The notes: generated from the sequence alone by a model not told the origin. A stretch of 64,000 nucleotides of DNA from an uncultured cyanobacterium (GCA_963703315.1 OY969811.1:1472001-1536000), one strand, 5' to 3'. Numbered from the stretch's first letter, positions 9,516 through 18,635 are shown. Made by a program: numbers and translations.

Positions 9516-10235
9516 TTAGGTAAGATGGCGATAGGCATTAAAAGGAATCCCAGTGCGTCTTTTGATATCCATAATTGATTTGAATTCACCTCGAAGCTGA
9601 CGTTCTTCAGCGATCGCTTTAGCGGCGTTTGGTTCTATTCCTAAGCCAATCAAATCATCGACATTCATGGAGTTAATCCGTTTCCATGAGTAACCTGCTT
9701 CTTGGCGATAGTCATAACTAAAAACCACCATCGGCTCGATTTTTTTGAGAGTAGTATTAGGAATTTCGAGGATGTCATGAAGTTCTTCAAGGCTAGTAAA
9801 AATATGACCTTCATCGCGCAGGGAGTCAATATCATTGGCATAGACAATTGGTAAGCCCAAAACATTTACCAAGTCATTTTTAGAACAGGCATTAATATCA
9901 ACTTTGGGACGATGGGCAGCGATCGCCGTAAATAGTTTCGGATCTTCAGGTAATGCTAAATGCTTGGGGTAGGTTTTGACTAGGTAATCGCGTTTAATGG
10001 CAAAAGCTGTAGCAACTTGAGCAATCCAGACAAGGGTAAAAAAGTTAGACAGAATTGTTACTGAAGAGAAAACGGTCGCTACAGCAACAAATCCAGCACC
10101 AATGCCAATCCAAGTTTTCGAGTCAGATTTGACACCAGCATAGGCGATCGCACCACCACCTAATACGGGAATACAAGACCACCAAACCCAATTGGGTGTT
10201 TGATCAAACCATGAGGGTTGAGACATAGTAATCAA
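9516..10235 (-). CDS. Membrane-anchored ComEA-like helix-hairpin-helix protein
   Basis: Three N-terminal hydrophobic segments; VDINACSKNDLVNVLGL...FTSLEEL and RINS...LIGLGI...AKAIAEERQLRGEFKSIMDI HhH modules. Confidence 0.8.
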   Translation of the reverse strand: MITMSQPSWFDQTPNWVWWSCIPVLGGGAIAYAGVKSDSKTWIGIGAGFVAVATVFSSVTILSNFFTLVWIAQVATAFAIKRDYLVKTYPKHLALPEDPKLFTAIAAHRPKVDINACSKNDLVNVLGLPIVYANDIDSLRDEGHIFTSLEELHDILEIPNTTLKKIEPMVVFSYDYRQEAGYSWKRINSMNVDDLIGLGIEPNAAKAIAEERQLRGEFKSIMDIKRRTGIPFNAYRHLT

Positions 10236-10293
10236 ATTTATGACTGGTTATTGACTATTAAACCCTAAAAACTAATGGCTTAATAGTTAAAAG

Positions 10294-10635
10294 CTAAATA
10301 TTCTTCAGTAACTTCTTCCGCTTTTCTTCATATTCTTCAGCAGTAATTACACCTTCATCATAAAGTTTTTTAAGATCGCTGAGTGCGGCTGTAGAGTCTC
10401 TGACAGAAGCTGTAGATTGAAATGCACCACCATTAAACTTGCGATTAAACTCACTATCAGACATCACCAGTAACATGATGAACTCGATAAATGCAGCTAT
10501 GGATGGAATACCAGTCCAGAAGAATAATAAATAGAGTAATCCCAATCCACTTTGCCCCAGATAAAATTTATGCGCCCCAAAAGATCCTAAAAAAAAGCAC
10601 CAAAGAATTGCTGTAGTTCTACTCTTCATCACCAC
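10294..10635 (-). CDS. TM2/NINE domain protein with C-terminal SHOCT
   Basis: KSRTTAILWCFFLGSFGAHKFYLGQ (TM2); LSDLKKLYDEGVITAEEYEEKRKKLL (SHOCT). Confidence 0.88.
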   Translation of the reverse strand: MVMKSRTTAILWCFFLGSFGAHKFYLGQSGLGLLYLLFFWTGIPSIAAFIEFIMLLVMSDSEFNRKFNGGAFQSTASVRDSTAALSDLKKLYDEGVITAEEYEEKRKKLLKNI

Positions 10636-10709
10636 TTACCTCGTTTTTGTTTTCAAATTTTGAAAATGTCAAAGAAACTATATCCTCCTAAAGGACACTA
10701 GTTTAAATA

Positions 10710-10940
10710 TCACTTTACAAAATGCTTGTTTTTACTATTCTTTTCCAGTTTCTTGCTCAATAAATATACTAAGACTATACCTAGTTTGGCTTCAAGTAGA
10801 GTTATGTAAATTTGGAAGTAAGGATGGCTATCAGGATTAGCATTTAATGCAAATACTCCAATTCCCACAAGAGCGTAGGGTAGAAACCGCAGTTTCTTGG
10901 CTATGTTTGTTGCTGTCAAATGCTTAATGCCAGACATCAT
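10710..10940 (-). CDS. Small hypothetical membrane protein
   Basis: 76-aa ORF with two hydrophobic segments and a basic tail, co-oriented with its neighbours. Confidence 0.5.
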   Translation of the reverse strand: MMSGIKHLTATNIAKKLRFLPYALVGIGVFALNANPDSHPYFQIYITLLEAKLGIVLVYLLSKKLEKNSKNKHFVK

Positions 10941-10988
10941 TTTTTCTTTTCAGCAAGAGCGATCTCTAAGATAATGCCCTATTTATAC

Positions 10989-11018
10989 TCAAAACTCAAT
11001 GTTGCGGTAGATTTCAGC
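10989..11018 (-). repeat. Orphan copy of the last 30 nt of the Uma2 gene (direct repeat of 11865-11894)
   Basis: TCAAAACTCAATGTT(G/A)CGGTAGATTTCAGC, 29/30 identical; encodes AEIYRNIEF-stop. Confidence 0.9.
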
Positions 11019-11059
11019 TACCTAAGTCGAGTTACTCTCTGACTGTATCAACTTGCATC

Positions 11060-11278
11060 CACTATCGATAGATTAATAGATTGCTCAGAATCTTCGCGTT
11101 GATTTTGGACTTGGTTAAAAATATCTTCAACTATGAACTGAATCTAGCCATTGATACCGATCCTTACTGTAGTTGCCATAACCTAGCTCAAATTGCCGTA
11201 AAATCTGATCATGCCATCAAATCAAAGAGAATCAGTCAATGCTTGATAGCTCAAGCGATTAATTTCTAAAGGTGTCAT
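11060..11278 (-). pseudogene. Decayed small antitoxin-like gene
   Basis: Manual translation MTPLEINRLSYQALTDSL*FDGMIRF/RQFELGYGNYSKDRYQWLDSV/IVEDIFNQVQ with one stop and two frameshifts; resembles small proteins paired with PIN toxins. Confidence 0.55.
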
Positions 11279-11320
11279 TATGATTTTAATCGCCTTAAAT
11301 TTCACTAAACTAATACTAAT

Positions 11321-11578
11321 CTAGTAATGAAATTTACAAGACACAATAACAATTTCTTCATCTGTAACCGAATATACCAAGCGATGTTCATCAGTGATTC
11401 GTCTCGACCATAAGCCTGATAGTTCGTGTTTTAATGCTTCAGGCTTGCCCAAACCAGAAATAGGATCACGGTGAATATCTTTGATTAGAGTGACGATTTT
11501 GTTATAAATCTTCTTGTCCTGTATTGCCCAGTAGTTAAATTCATCAAATCCACGCGCTAAAAATGCAACTTTTCTCAT
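11321..11578 (-). CDS. yoeB: Txe/YoeB family toxin
   Basis: GLGKPEALKHELSGLWSRRITDEHRLVY...SCKFHY. Confidence 0.93.
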   Translation of the reverse strand: MRKVAFLARGFDEFNYWAIQDKKIYNKIVTLIKDIHRDPISGLGKPEALKHELSGLWSRRITDEHRLVYSVTDEEIVIVSCKFHY

Positions 11579-11814
11579 AATGTAGCAATATCAACGTAAA
11601 CATATTTTTCTGGTTGCTTTAATTCTTCTAATCCCTCCAATAAATTGCGGCGATTGGCTTCTGTTGAGAGCAAGTATGCTGTTTCGTCAGTTTCTATTTG
11701 TGTTGTTTGTTCGACTAACAGGATTGCTTCGACAATAGTTCCTTCAGGAAGATTGACTAGCGGCATTTCGAGTCTGCCATTTTTGACTATGGCTCTGTAT
11801 TTGATTGCGTTCAT
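11575..11814 (-). CDS. Putative antitoxin of YoeB
   Basis: Overlaps the toxin start by 4 nt; C-terminal ETAYLLSTEANRRNLLEGLEEL resembles the YefM toxin-binding segment. Confidence 0.8.
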   Translation of the reverse strand: MNAIKYRAIVKNGRLEMPLVNLPEGTIVEAILLVEQTTQIETDETAYLLSTEANRRNLLEGLEELKQPEKYVYVDIATL

Positions 11815-11864
11815 AGCGTTTAGTTAGAGCAATTATATTTGCATTGTATGTCGTAATTGTTGTT

Positions 11865-12458
11865 TCAAAACTCAATGTTACGGTAGATTTCAGCGATCGC
11901 TAGTTCAATATTTACAGAATCCAATAAAATCGACTGATCTAAACTATCAAAATCGCTATATGTCCAAATTTCCCCTTGTTTGCTATAGCGCTCTACAAAA
12001 ACTTTGTTTTGGCGAATTAGAAGATATTCACAAAAACTAGGAATGGAACGATACATCCGAAACTTATCGGTGCGATCATATTCTTCCGTTGACGGTGAAA
12101 GCACTTCTACAATTAGAACTGGGTTTAAAACTTCATCTTTGTGATCGCCATTAAACTGCAACGCCCCATCAAAAACCATCGCATCTGGATATACACCGCG
12201 ACGATAGTCAGGAATCCATAGTCGTAAATCATTGTTAATTGCCTCAAAATTCGTGTCTCTCAATAGAAATTTGAGAAAAGCGAAAATATTTCCACCAATA
12301 CGGCTATGGTTAACGGTTCCACCAGTCATTGTAATGATTACTCCATCATGATATTCACACTTTTCTTCAGAGATGTCGGCGATCGCGCGATATTCATCGA
12401 GACTATAACGACGCTCAGTAATGGTGGCAATCATGGAGTTGTGACTGAAAGACAACAC
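11865..12458 (-). CDS. Uma2 (DUF820) family putative endonuclease; likely start 12434
   Basis: YSLDEY...EYHDG..MTGGT..H, YPD, VLIVEVLSPST..YDR..KF..YRSIPS. Confidence 0.92.
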   Translation of the reverse strand: MLSFSHNSMIATITERRYSLDEYRAIADISEEKCEYHDGVIITMTGGTVNHSRIGGNIFAFLKFLLRDTNFEAINNDLRLWIPDYRRGVYPDAMVFDGALQFNGDHKDEVLNPVLIVEVLSPSTEEYDRTDKFRMYRSIPSFCEYLLIRQNKVFVERYSKQGEIWTYSDFDSLDQSILLDSVNIELAIAEIYRNIEF

Positions 12459-12487
12459 TTATATTTTAGCGCTAAAATTTTTATCAA

Positions 12488-12532
12488 CCAAGAAGCGAGT
12501 GGTGGCGCGAACCGCCACCACTCGCTTCTTGG
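12488..12532. repeat. GC-core palindrome
   Basis: CCAAGAAGCGAGTGGTGGCG-CGAAC-CGCCACCACTCGCTTCTTGG. Confidence 0.85.
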
Positions 12533-12553
12533 ATTTTCATCTAGCTGAAAGTC

Positions 12554-12656
12554 ATACCAATTCACGAAAGTGTTGCCACACTTTCGTGAATTAAAAACCA
12601 AACCCAGTAAGGGTTCTCAAAACTAAAAATGGCTACGCCATTTTTAGTTTTGGTAT
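12554..12656. mobile_element. MITE-like element, family D (ATACCAA...TTGGTAT ends, two internal hairpins)
   Basis: AATTCACGAAAGTGT/ACACTTTCGTGAATT and AAAACTAAAAATGGC-TAC-GCCATTTTTAGTTTT; related hairpins near 16187, 21813 and 43809. Confidence 0.65.
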
Positions 12657-12695
12657 CACGATAGAATAAGTTGTAGCTGAGCAAGAGTTATTTGT

Positions 12696-13970
12696 TTGCA
12701 GGAGTTGGTTTTGATTTCTTCAGCAGCACTTTCTAAGAGTTTAGAATCTGATCCTTTAGAGCGCGATCGCGAACTTGATTTGTTGGAGCATCGATCGCAT
12801 TTTCCTGCTTTAGGAGTTAAAAATCGTACTTACTTTAACTATGGTGGGCAAGGGGTATTATGTGGGGCAGCTCTAGAGTCGATTAGGAGAAATTTTCATC
12901 ATATTGAAGAGATGGCTCCTTTTTCCCATGCTTCAGGGGATTGGATGATGGCAGAGTATGACGCTACCAAGTTAGCGATCGCTCAAGAGTTTCAAGTGAG
13001 CCAGAATACAATTACGCTGACCGAAAACACGACTGTCGGCTGCAATATTGCAATGTGGGCGGTGGATTGGCAAAAAGGCGATCGCCTCTTACTGTCGGAC
13101 TGCGAACATCCTGGGATTATTGCTAGTGCTGTCCAAATCCAAAAACGCTTTGGTATAGAAATCGATTATTTCCCGTTGTTTAACACTCGCAATGTCAATA
13201 GTGATGATCACGAAACTGTTGTTGATCTGTTAGTACAACATTTGCAACCACGAACCCGCATGGTGATGCTCAGTCATATTTGCTGGAATACAGGTCAGGT
13301 TTTGCCATTACAGGCGATCGCTACAGCTTGCCATGCTCAGAATGTATTAGTTGCTGTTGATGCTGCACAATCGGTGGGTGTTCTGCCCCTTAACCTCTCA
13401 GAAATTGCCGCAGATTTCTACGCTTTTACTACCCATAAATGGTGGTGTGCGCCTCTCGGATTAGGAGCATTGTATATCCGTCCTGAAATCTTTGATCAAA
13501 TTGAACCTGTGTTTGTGGGTTGGCGCGGGTTGACTGGTAAAAATCCGATTCCTCAATGGAAGCAAGATGGTGCTAAGTTTGAGGTGGCTAGCTCAACCTA
13601 TACTCTCTATGAGGCTTTACGCATGGCGATCGCCCATGCCAATAGCTGGGGTACACAACAGCAACGCTATGAACGCATTTGTAAATTGAGCCAGATTTTA
13701 TGGCAAAGACTAAATTCTTTACCTCACATTGATTGTGTACGTCAACTGCCCCCAGATTCAGGATTAATTTCCTTTCAAATTAATCGAGAAATAGCTAAAA
13801 GTGCGATCGCACAAAAATCTCATGGCTTAATTGCGAGACAATTGGAAATTGAACAACAAATCTTGATCCGCGCCCTGCCTGAACCTGATTGCTTAAGAGC
13901 TTCGGTGCATTATCTAACTTCGCTTGAGGACATTGAGCATCTAGTTTCGGCGATCGGCAACCTAATCTAA
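12696..13970 (+). CDS. Class V PLP-dependent enzyme (cysteine/cystine lyase-like)
   Basis: YFNYGGQG, DCEHPG, VDAAQSVG, TTHKW (PLP lysine), RASVHY; true start probably slightly downstream. Confidence 0.88.
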   Translation: MQELVLISSAALSKSLESDPLERDRELDLLEHRSHFPALGVKNRTYFNYGGQGVLCGAALESIRRNFHHIEEMAPFSHASGDWMMAEYDATKLAIAQEFQVSQNTITLTENTTVGCNIAMWAVDWQKGDRLLLSDCEHPGIIASAVQIQKRFGIEIDYFPLFNTRNVNSDDHETVVDLLVQHLQPRTRMVMLSHICWNTGQVLPLQAIATACHAQNVLVAVDAAQSVGVLPLNLSEIAADFYAFTTHKWWCAPLGLGALYIRPEIFDQIEPVFVGWRGLTGKNPIPQWKQDGAKFEVASSTYTLYEALRMAIAHANSWGTQQQRYERICKLSQILWQRLNSLPHIDCVRQLPPDSGLISFQINREIAKSAIAQKSHGLIARQLEIEQQILIRALPEPDCLRASVHYLTSLEDIEHLVSAIGNLI

Positions 13971-14043
13971 GCGATGATGTACAATTTCTCACGATTTGCG
14001 AATCAATCCTTAAAATTAATAAAATACCTATAAAGTTCCTGTC

Positions 14044-14649
14044 ATGTCTCTATTTTCCCAATCTCCTCAACAAAATCAAGACAAAAAAAATGAGACATTA
14101 TCGCGATCGCAAGTTCTTATTGCTATGGCGGTTACCGCGATTATTTTTCTAGGAATTTCTAAGGGTTGGGTGTACTTAACAGGTATCCCAATGGTGTCGC
14201 TGTATTGGCAACCTGAACATGGAGCGATCGGTGTGGGTATTGGCGTGGGAGTAGCTTTGCTCAGTAGTTTAATTTATGAAATATGGGAAAGTTATCGCAT
14301 TGCGGCTCAAGAATATTTAGAAATGGTACTCAAGCCACTAGAACCAATTGATTTAATTTGGCTAGGTTTATTACCGGGATTAAGTGAAGAAATGCTTTTT
14401 CGTGGGGTGGCATTACCTGCACTCGGTATGAATGGAGTTGCTCTAATTATTACTAGTGTCGTATTTGGGGCGCTACACATGGCAAATGCCAAACATTTGT
14501 CATACACAGTTTGGGCGATCGCTGTGGGCATGATGCTCGGTGCTATCACCATGTACACAGGTAATCTTTTATCAGCGATCGTTGCCCATGTCCTCACCAA
14601 TTCTCTTTCAGGCATTATTTGGAAATTTAAGCAATCTAAAGCTGTATAA
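14044..14649 (+). CDS. CPBP (CAAX protease-like) intramembrane metalloprotease
   Basis: EEMLFRG, FGALH and H...N motifs. Confidence 0.9.
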   Translation: MSLFSQSPQQNQDKKNETLSRSQVLIAMAVTAIIFLGISKGWVYLTGIPMVSLYWQPEHGAIGVGIGVGVALLSSLIYEIWESYRIAAQEYLEMVLKPLEPIDLIWLGLLPGLSEEMLFRGVALPALGMNGVALIITSVVFGALHMANAKHLSYTVWAIAVGMMLGAITMYTGNLLSAIVAHVLTNSLSGIIWKFKQSKAV

Positions 14650-14651
14650 AT

Positions 14652-14702
14652 CCAAAAACAAGTGATTTGCGGCGCTTCGCGCCGCAACTCACTTGTTTTT
14701 GG
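14652..14702. repeat. GC-core palindrome (family C core)
   Basis: CCAAAAACAAGTGATTTGCGGCGC-TTC-GCGCCGCAACTCACTTGTTTTTGG. Confidence 0.85.
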
Positions 14703-14731
14703 GTTTGTCTTAAAACAAACAGCGAAATCTA

Positions 14732-14835
14732 TAAGTAAGTAGGCTTAATTGAATATAAAACCCTAAAACCTGTGGCGCACGCTGCGCGTGCGCCACAGGT
14801 TTTAGATCTGGGTTTTAATTATGCCGAGATACTTA
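14732..14835. mobile_element. MITE-like element, family A
   Basis: TAAGTA...CTAAAACCTGTGGCGCACGC-TGC-GCGTGCGCCACAGGTTTTAG...TACTTA. Confidence 0.8.
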
Positions 14836-14931
14836 ACTTAATAATTCTTACATTTTTTTATAGGATAATCATGGTAAAAACTAATATATATTTCGCATAT
14901 TTCAAGTTCATTTTTTTAGAGATTTAATTCT

Positions 14932-15795
14932 ATGAAAGCGCTCACGAAATTTTCGATCGCTACTGCTGCTATAGCCCTTTCCACATTAGCAAGCAGTGCT
15001 GCTCAAGCGATCTCAGTCACACAAACCAATGATCTTACTGCTCTCAAGAATGCCATAACAGCAGGCAATGGTGGTATTGTCATTAATTCAATCTCTATTT
15101 CAGGTCAACTGGGACAATTTGGAACTTACACCAACCTGAGTGGTACTTACGGTATTGGTAGTGGCATAGTCATCAGTACTGGTAATGTGAATGATTACAA
15201 CACTGGCGCTAACACATCGGCAGAAAAGACTACCGTTTATGGTATTGGTGGTACTCCTACTCAGCAGGCTCTTCTCTCACCAATCACAGGCAGCCTATCT
15301 CATTTTGATGTTGCCCAAATTGAGATTGATTTCGACTTGCAGAATGGTTTTGACACGATCTTTTTCAATACAGTATTTGGCTCTGAGGAGTTTCCTAAAT
15401 ACGTTAATCAATATGTCGATGGGTTTGGATTATTCGTCAATGGACAAAATATTGCATTTTCTGGTGGTCAGCCCGTCAATATCAATAATTCGAGTATGAC
15501 CCCTTTGGATGGCACAGAATTGAATGGTGTATTAGCTCCAAATAACAATCCTGTACTTACTTTCTCTAAAGTTTTAGGAAATGGGAGCAAAGGAAATAAA
15601 TTGACCTTTATCATTGCCGACACTAGAGACGCATCTTTAGATTCCACTGCCTATTTCTCAGCGCTTGGTGGTGCGGTTCCCCAGCCAGTCCCAGTCCCTC
15701 CAGCAGTGGCAGGAGTCATCTTGGCAGGAGGTTTGCTCTCTCGTAAATTGATCAAGCGCTCTTCCAAAAATAAGAAAGTAGAAATAGTCGCGTAG
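14932..15795 (+). CDS. Secreted choice-of-anchor L-like protein with PEP-CTERM-like sorting tail
   Basis: Signal peptide; GIVISTG, FGSEEFP.YV....DGF, F.IADTRD..LDS motifs; C-terminal VPVPP + TM + basic tail. Confidence 0.75.
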   Translation: MKALTKFSIATAAIALSTLASSAAQAISVTQTNDLTALKNAITAGNGGIVINSISISGQLGQFGTYTNLSGTYGIGSGIVISTGNVNDYNTGANTSAEKTTVYGIGGTPTQQALLSPITGSLSHFDVAQIEIDFDLQNGFDTIFFNTVFGSEEFPKYVNQYVDGFGLFVNGQNIAFSGGQPVNINNSSMTPLDGTELNGVLAPNNNPVLTFSKVLGNGSKGNKLTFIIADTRDASLDSTAYFSALGGAVPQPVPVPPAVAGVILAGGLLSRKLIKRSSKNKKVEIVA

Positions 15796-15815
15796 ATTAT
15801 TTGTGATTCTCAAAT

Positions 15816-16117
15816 AGAACCAAAAGCTGTGGCGCACGCTGCGCGTGCGCCACAGCTTTTGGGGTTTTATATTTAACCCACATTCCGCTCTTATTTTACT
15901 GAAAAAAATATTTAGAAAACAAATCCTTATACAGTAAGTATTTTGGGCTTTCGTCAGAAAAATAACACTATCTTAATATTGTCAATAATGACGTACTAAT
16001 AGGAGTCATTATCATTAATTTTCCAGAAAATCGCTGAAACCCTCATTGTCTCGTTGTAAATATTTTTAGGCCTCCATTACGAGCGGAATGTGGGATTTAA
16101 TTGTGCCTAGCTACTTA
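15816..16117. mobile_element. Family A element (left end missing) interrupted by a second MITE
   Basis: A-family core 15816-15876; the A-family right end resumes at 16095-16117. Confidence 0.75.
15877..16094. mobile_element. 218-bp MITE with 14-bp terminal inverted repeats and 6-bp target duplication (IS1634-like ends)
   Basis: CCCACATTCCGCTC...GAGCGGAATGTGGG flanked by ATTTAA on both sides (15871-15876, 16095-16100). Confidence 0.85.
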
Positions 16118-16119
16118 CT

Positions 16120-16182
16120 AATCAAAACCCAAGAAGTAAATGGCGGTGCGAAGCACCGCCATTTACTTCTTGGGTTTTGATT
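16120..16182. repeat. GC-core palindrome (30-bp perfect arms)
   Basis: AATCAAAACCCAAGAAGTAAATGGCGGTGC-GAA-GCACCGCCATTTACTTCTTGGGTTTTGATT. Confidence 0.9.
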
Positions 16183-16222
16183 TTAAAAGCACAAAATAGC
16201 GTAGCTATTTTGTGCTTTGGTA

Positions 16223-17386
16223 TTATTTGCCCATACCCAATTGTTGAGCCTTTTGGTAAACCTTACCTTCAGTTAATAGCGAAGGCGCAATTACTACTTC
16301 TACCTGTTGCATCTCGCGGATATTAGCTGCACCTAGAGTTCCCATGCTGGTTTTAAGTGCGCCCAAGAGGTTATGAGTGCCATCATCAAGCCCCGCAGGC
16401 CCGCGCAAAATTTGCTCTAGGGAACCTGTTGTCCCCACCTTGATTCTAGTACCGCGTGGCAATACTGGGCTAGGTGTTGCCATGCCCCAGTGGAAGCCAC
16501 GACCAGGAGCTTCTTTGGCTCTGGCAAAGGGAGAGCCAATCATGACGGCATCCGCACCACAGGCGATCGATTTACAAATGTCTCCCCCTGTAATCAAGCC
16601 ACCATCGGCAATGATTGGCACATATTTACCAGTTTCTTTGAAAAAGTCTTCACGGGCGGCGGCACAGTTGGCAACGGCGGTAGCTTGGGGAATACCTACA
16701 CCAAGTACACCTCTGGAGGTACAGGCAGCTCCAGGACCAATACCAACGAGTACACCTGCGGCTCCTGCTCTGAGCAATTCTAAGGTGACATCGTAGGTGA
16801 CACAGTTGCCCATAAGCACTGGGATGGGCATATCTTGGCAGAATTTAGCGAGATCGAGGGAAACGAGTCCTTCGGCAGCGATATGAGTGGTGGAGACAAC
16901 AGTGGATTGTAAGAAAAACAAATCACAACCTGCTTCGGCGGCGATTAAACCATATTTAAAAGCATTGACAGGAATGCTGCTAGCGCAAGCAATACCACCT
17001 TTCTCTTTGATTTCACGGATACGTTTTTGAATCAGTTCAGGCTTGACGGGTTCGGCGTAAAGCTGTTGCATAAGTGAGACAAATTCAGTAACTCCCACGG
17101 ATGCAATTTTTTCTAAGATGGGTTGGGGATCGTCGTAGCGAGTTTGGATACCATCAAGGTTGATTACCCCTAATGCACCTAACTCAGACAGTCTTACTGC
17201 TGCATCGACATCGACAACGCCATCCATAGCGCTAGCGATGATCGGAATTTCACGACGAATGCCCCCAACTTCCCAAAATGTATCGGCAACGTTGGGATCG
17301 AGGGTTCTGCCCCCTGGTACTAATGCAATTTCGTCGATGCCATAGGCTCTGCGAGCAGTTTTACCGCGCCCAATTTGAATGTCCAC
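16223..17386 (-). CDS. guaB: IMP dehydrogenase (GuaB3-type, cyanobacterial)
   Basis: MDIQIGRGKTARRAYG; catalytic loop VGIGPGAACTSR; IADGG. Confidence 0.93.
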   Translation of the reverse strand: MDIQIGRGKTARRAYGIDEIALVPGGRTLDPNVADTFWEVGGIRREIPIIASAMDGVVDVDAAVRLSELGALGVINLDGIQTRYDDPQPILEKIASVGVTEFVSLMQQLYAEPVKPELIQKRIREIKEKGGIACASSIPVNAFKYGLIAAEAGCDLFFLQSTVVSTTHIAAEGLVSLDLAKFCQDMPIPVLMGNCVTYDVTLELLRAGAAGVLVGIGPGAACTSRGVLGVGIPQATAVANCAAAREDFFKETGKYVPIIADGGLITGGDICKSIACGADAVMIGSPFARAKEAPGRGFHWGMATPSPVLPRGTRIKVGTTGSLEQILRGPAGLDDGTHNLLGALKTSMGTLGAANIREMQQVEVVIAPSLLTEGKVYQKAQQLGMGK

Positions 17387-17652
17387 TGTTTGTACTCTCT
17401 AGGATTTGATGTAGTAGTTGCTAAGGTTTGCGTAAAAATCTTGCATTTCAAGATCTACGCTAAGGGTGAATGTTTTAAACAGCGATCGCAGGATCATTGC
17501 TGCTTGAGTTGTGCTTTTTTTTACAGAAAATCTTAATATTTTCTTAAGATACTGTTGCTTATTGATTAATGATAGCTAATTAGTGCGATGGGAGGTTATT
17601 TTTTAAGAGGAGTGCTAATTATCCCTGTCTTCAAAAATAGCAAATCTAACCG

Positions 17653-18606
17653 ATGGCTGAATTTTTTAATACCTATGGCTTTCTAATTGTATCGGCAATT
17701 TTTGGTGCAATTCTAGGGATTTCTGTCTATTTACCATTGATGGCAGGGCAGTTATCATTGGCGACACCGGGGTTTTATGCCTTGGGTGGATATATCGCGG
17801 CGATCGCTTCTACTAAGATCTTAACGACCACTACTGGGAATGTACCAATTTGGTGGGTATTGCTAGAAATGTTGGCGGCAGGTGCAGTGTCAGGTTTATT
17901 GGCAGTGATTTTGGGGATTCCTGTGTTGCGCCTAAGGGGAATTTATCTAGCGATCGCCACGATTGCCTTTGTTGAGATTTTGCGCGTAGTTGCCTTGAAT
18001 TTGGAGATTACAGGCGGGGCAGTTGGTATTTTTGGAATTCCTCAGCCTTTTTCATCAACTTTAGAATATTTATGGATTGCTTTGCCATTATTAGGCTTGA
18101 GCATGGCATTTATGTATCGCCTCGAAAAAATTCGGGTGGGACGAGCTTTGATTGCCATTCGTGAGGATGAACTAGCTGCTGATTCGATGGGGATCAATCC
18201 CACCTATTACAAAGTATTAGCCTTTACCCTAGCTGCCATCTTGGCGGGTATCGTTGGAGCCGTGAGCGCCCATTTCCTGAATACATGGAACACTCGTCAG
18301 GGAACTTTTGATGCCAGTATTATCTTCTTAGCTTTTGTCTTGGTTGGTGGTTCTCGCACTTTTTTGGGACCTGTGGTTGGTGGCATTATTCTCACCGCTT
18401 TACCTGAAGCTTTGCGAGGACTTGCCAATACTGGAGTCCCATTATGGTTAGGACAATTCCTGAAAGATGGTCGCCTAATTATTTTTGGGGTGCTGATTGT
18501 AGTTGGCACAATCTTTTATCCCAAAGGCATCATTACGCCAGAGTTTTTAGTCTGGTGCAAGCGGAAAACTCAAAATGTATTTGCTAAATCTAAACAAGGG
18601 GCTTAA
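17653..18606 (+). CDS. livM: Branched-chain amino acid ABC transporter permease (LivM-like)
   Basis: GQLSLA, LRLRGIYLAIATIAF, GRALIAIREDELAA motifs. Confidence 0.88.
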   Translation: MAEFFNTYGFLIVSAIFGAILGISVYLPLMAGQLSLATPGFYALGGYIAAIASTKILTTTTGNVPIWWVLLEMLAAGAVSGLLAVILGIPVLRLRGIYLAIATIAFVEILRVVALNLEITGGAVGIFGIPQPFSSTLEYLWIALPLLGLSMAFMYRLEKIRVGRALIAIREDELAADSMGINPTYYKVLAFTLAAILAGIVGAVSAHFLNTWNTRQGTFDASIIFLAFVLVGGSRTFLGPVVGGIILTALPEALRGLANTGVPLWLGQFLKDGRLIIFGVLIVVGTIFYPKGIITPEFLVWCKRKTQNVFAKSKQGA

Positions 18607-18615
18607 GCCCTTTGT
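18594..18615. repeat. Short palindrome family AAGGGGCTTAAGCCCCTT; supplies the livM stop codon
   Basis: ACAAGGGGCTTAAGCCCTTTGT; other copies at 24985-25004 and 44034-44057. Confidence 0.75.
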
Positions 18616-18635
18616 CTCGGCGATAGGGAGTCAAT

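Noticed and set aside
11081..11269. 62-aa ORF on the + strand
   Set aside because: Antisense shadow of the decayed antitoxin-like pseudogene
15796..16222. Yfr1 sRNA downstream of guaB, its usual location
   Set aside because: No ACTCCTCACAC motif seen on either strand; the gap is filled by MITEs and trxA is absent
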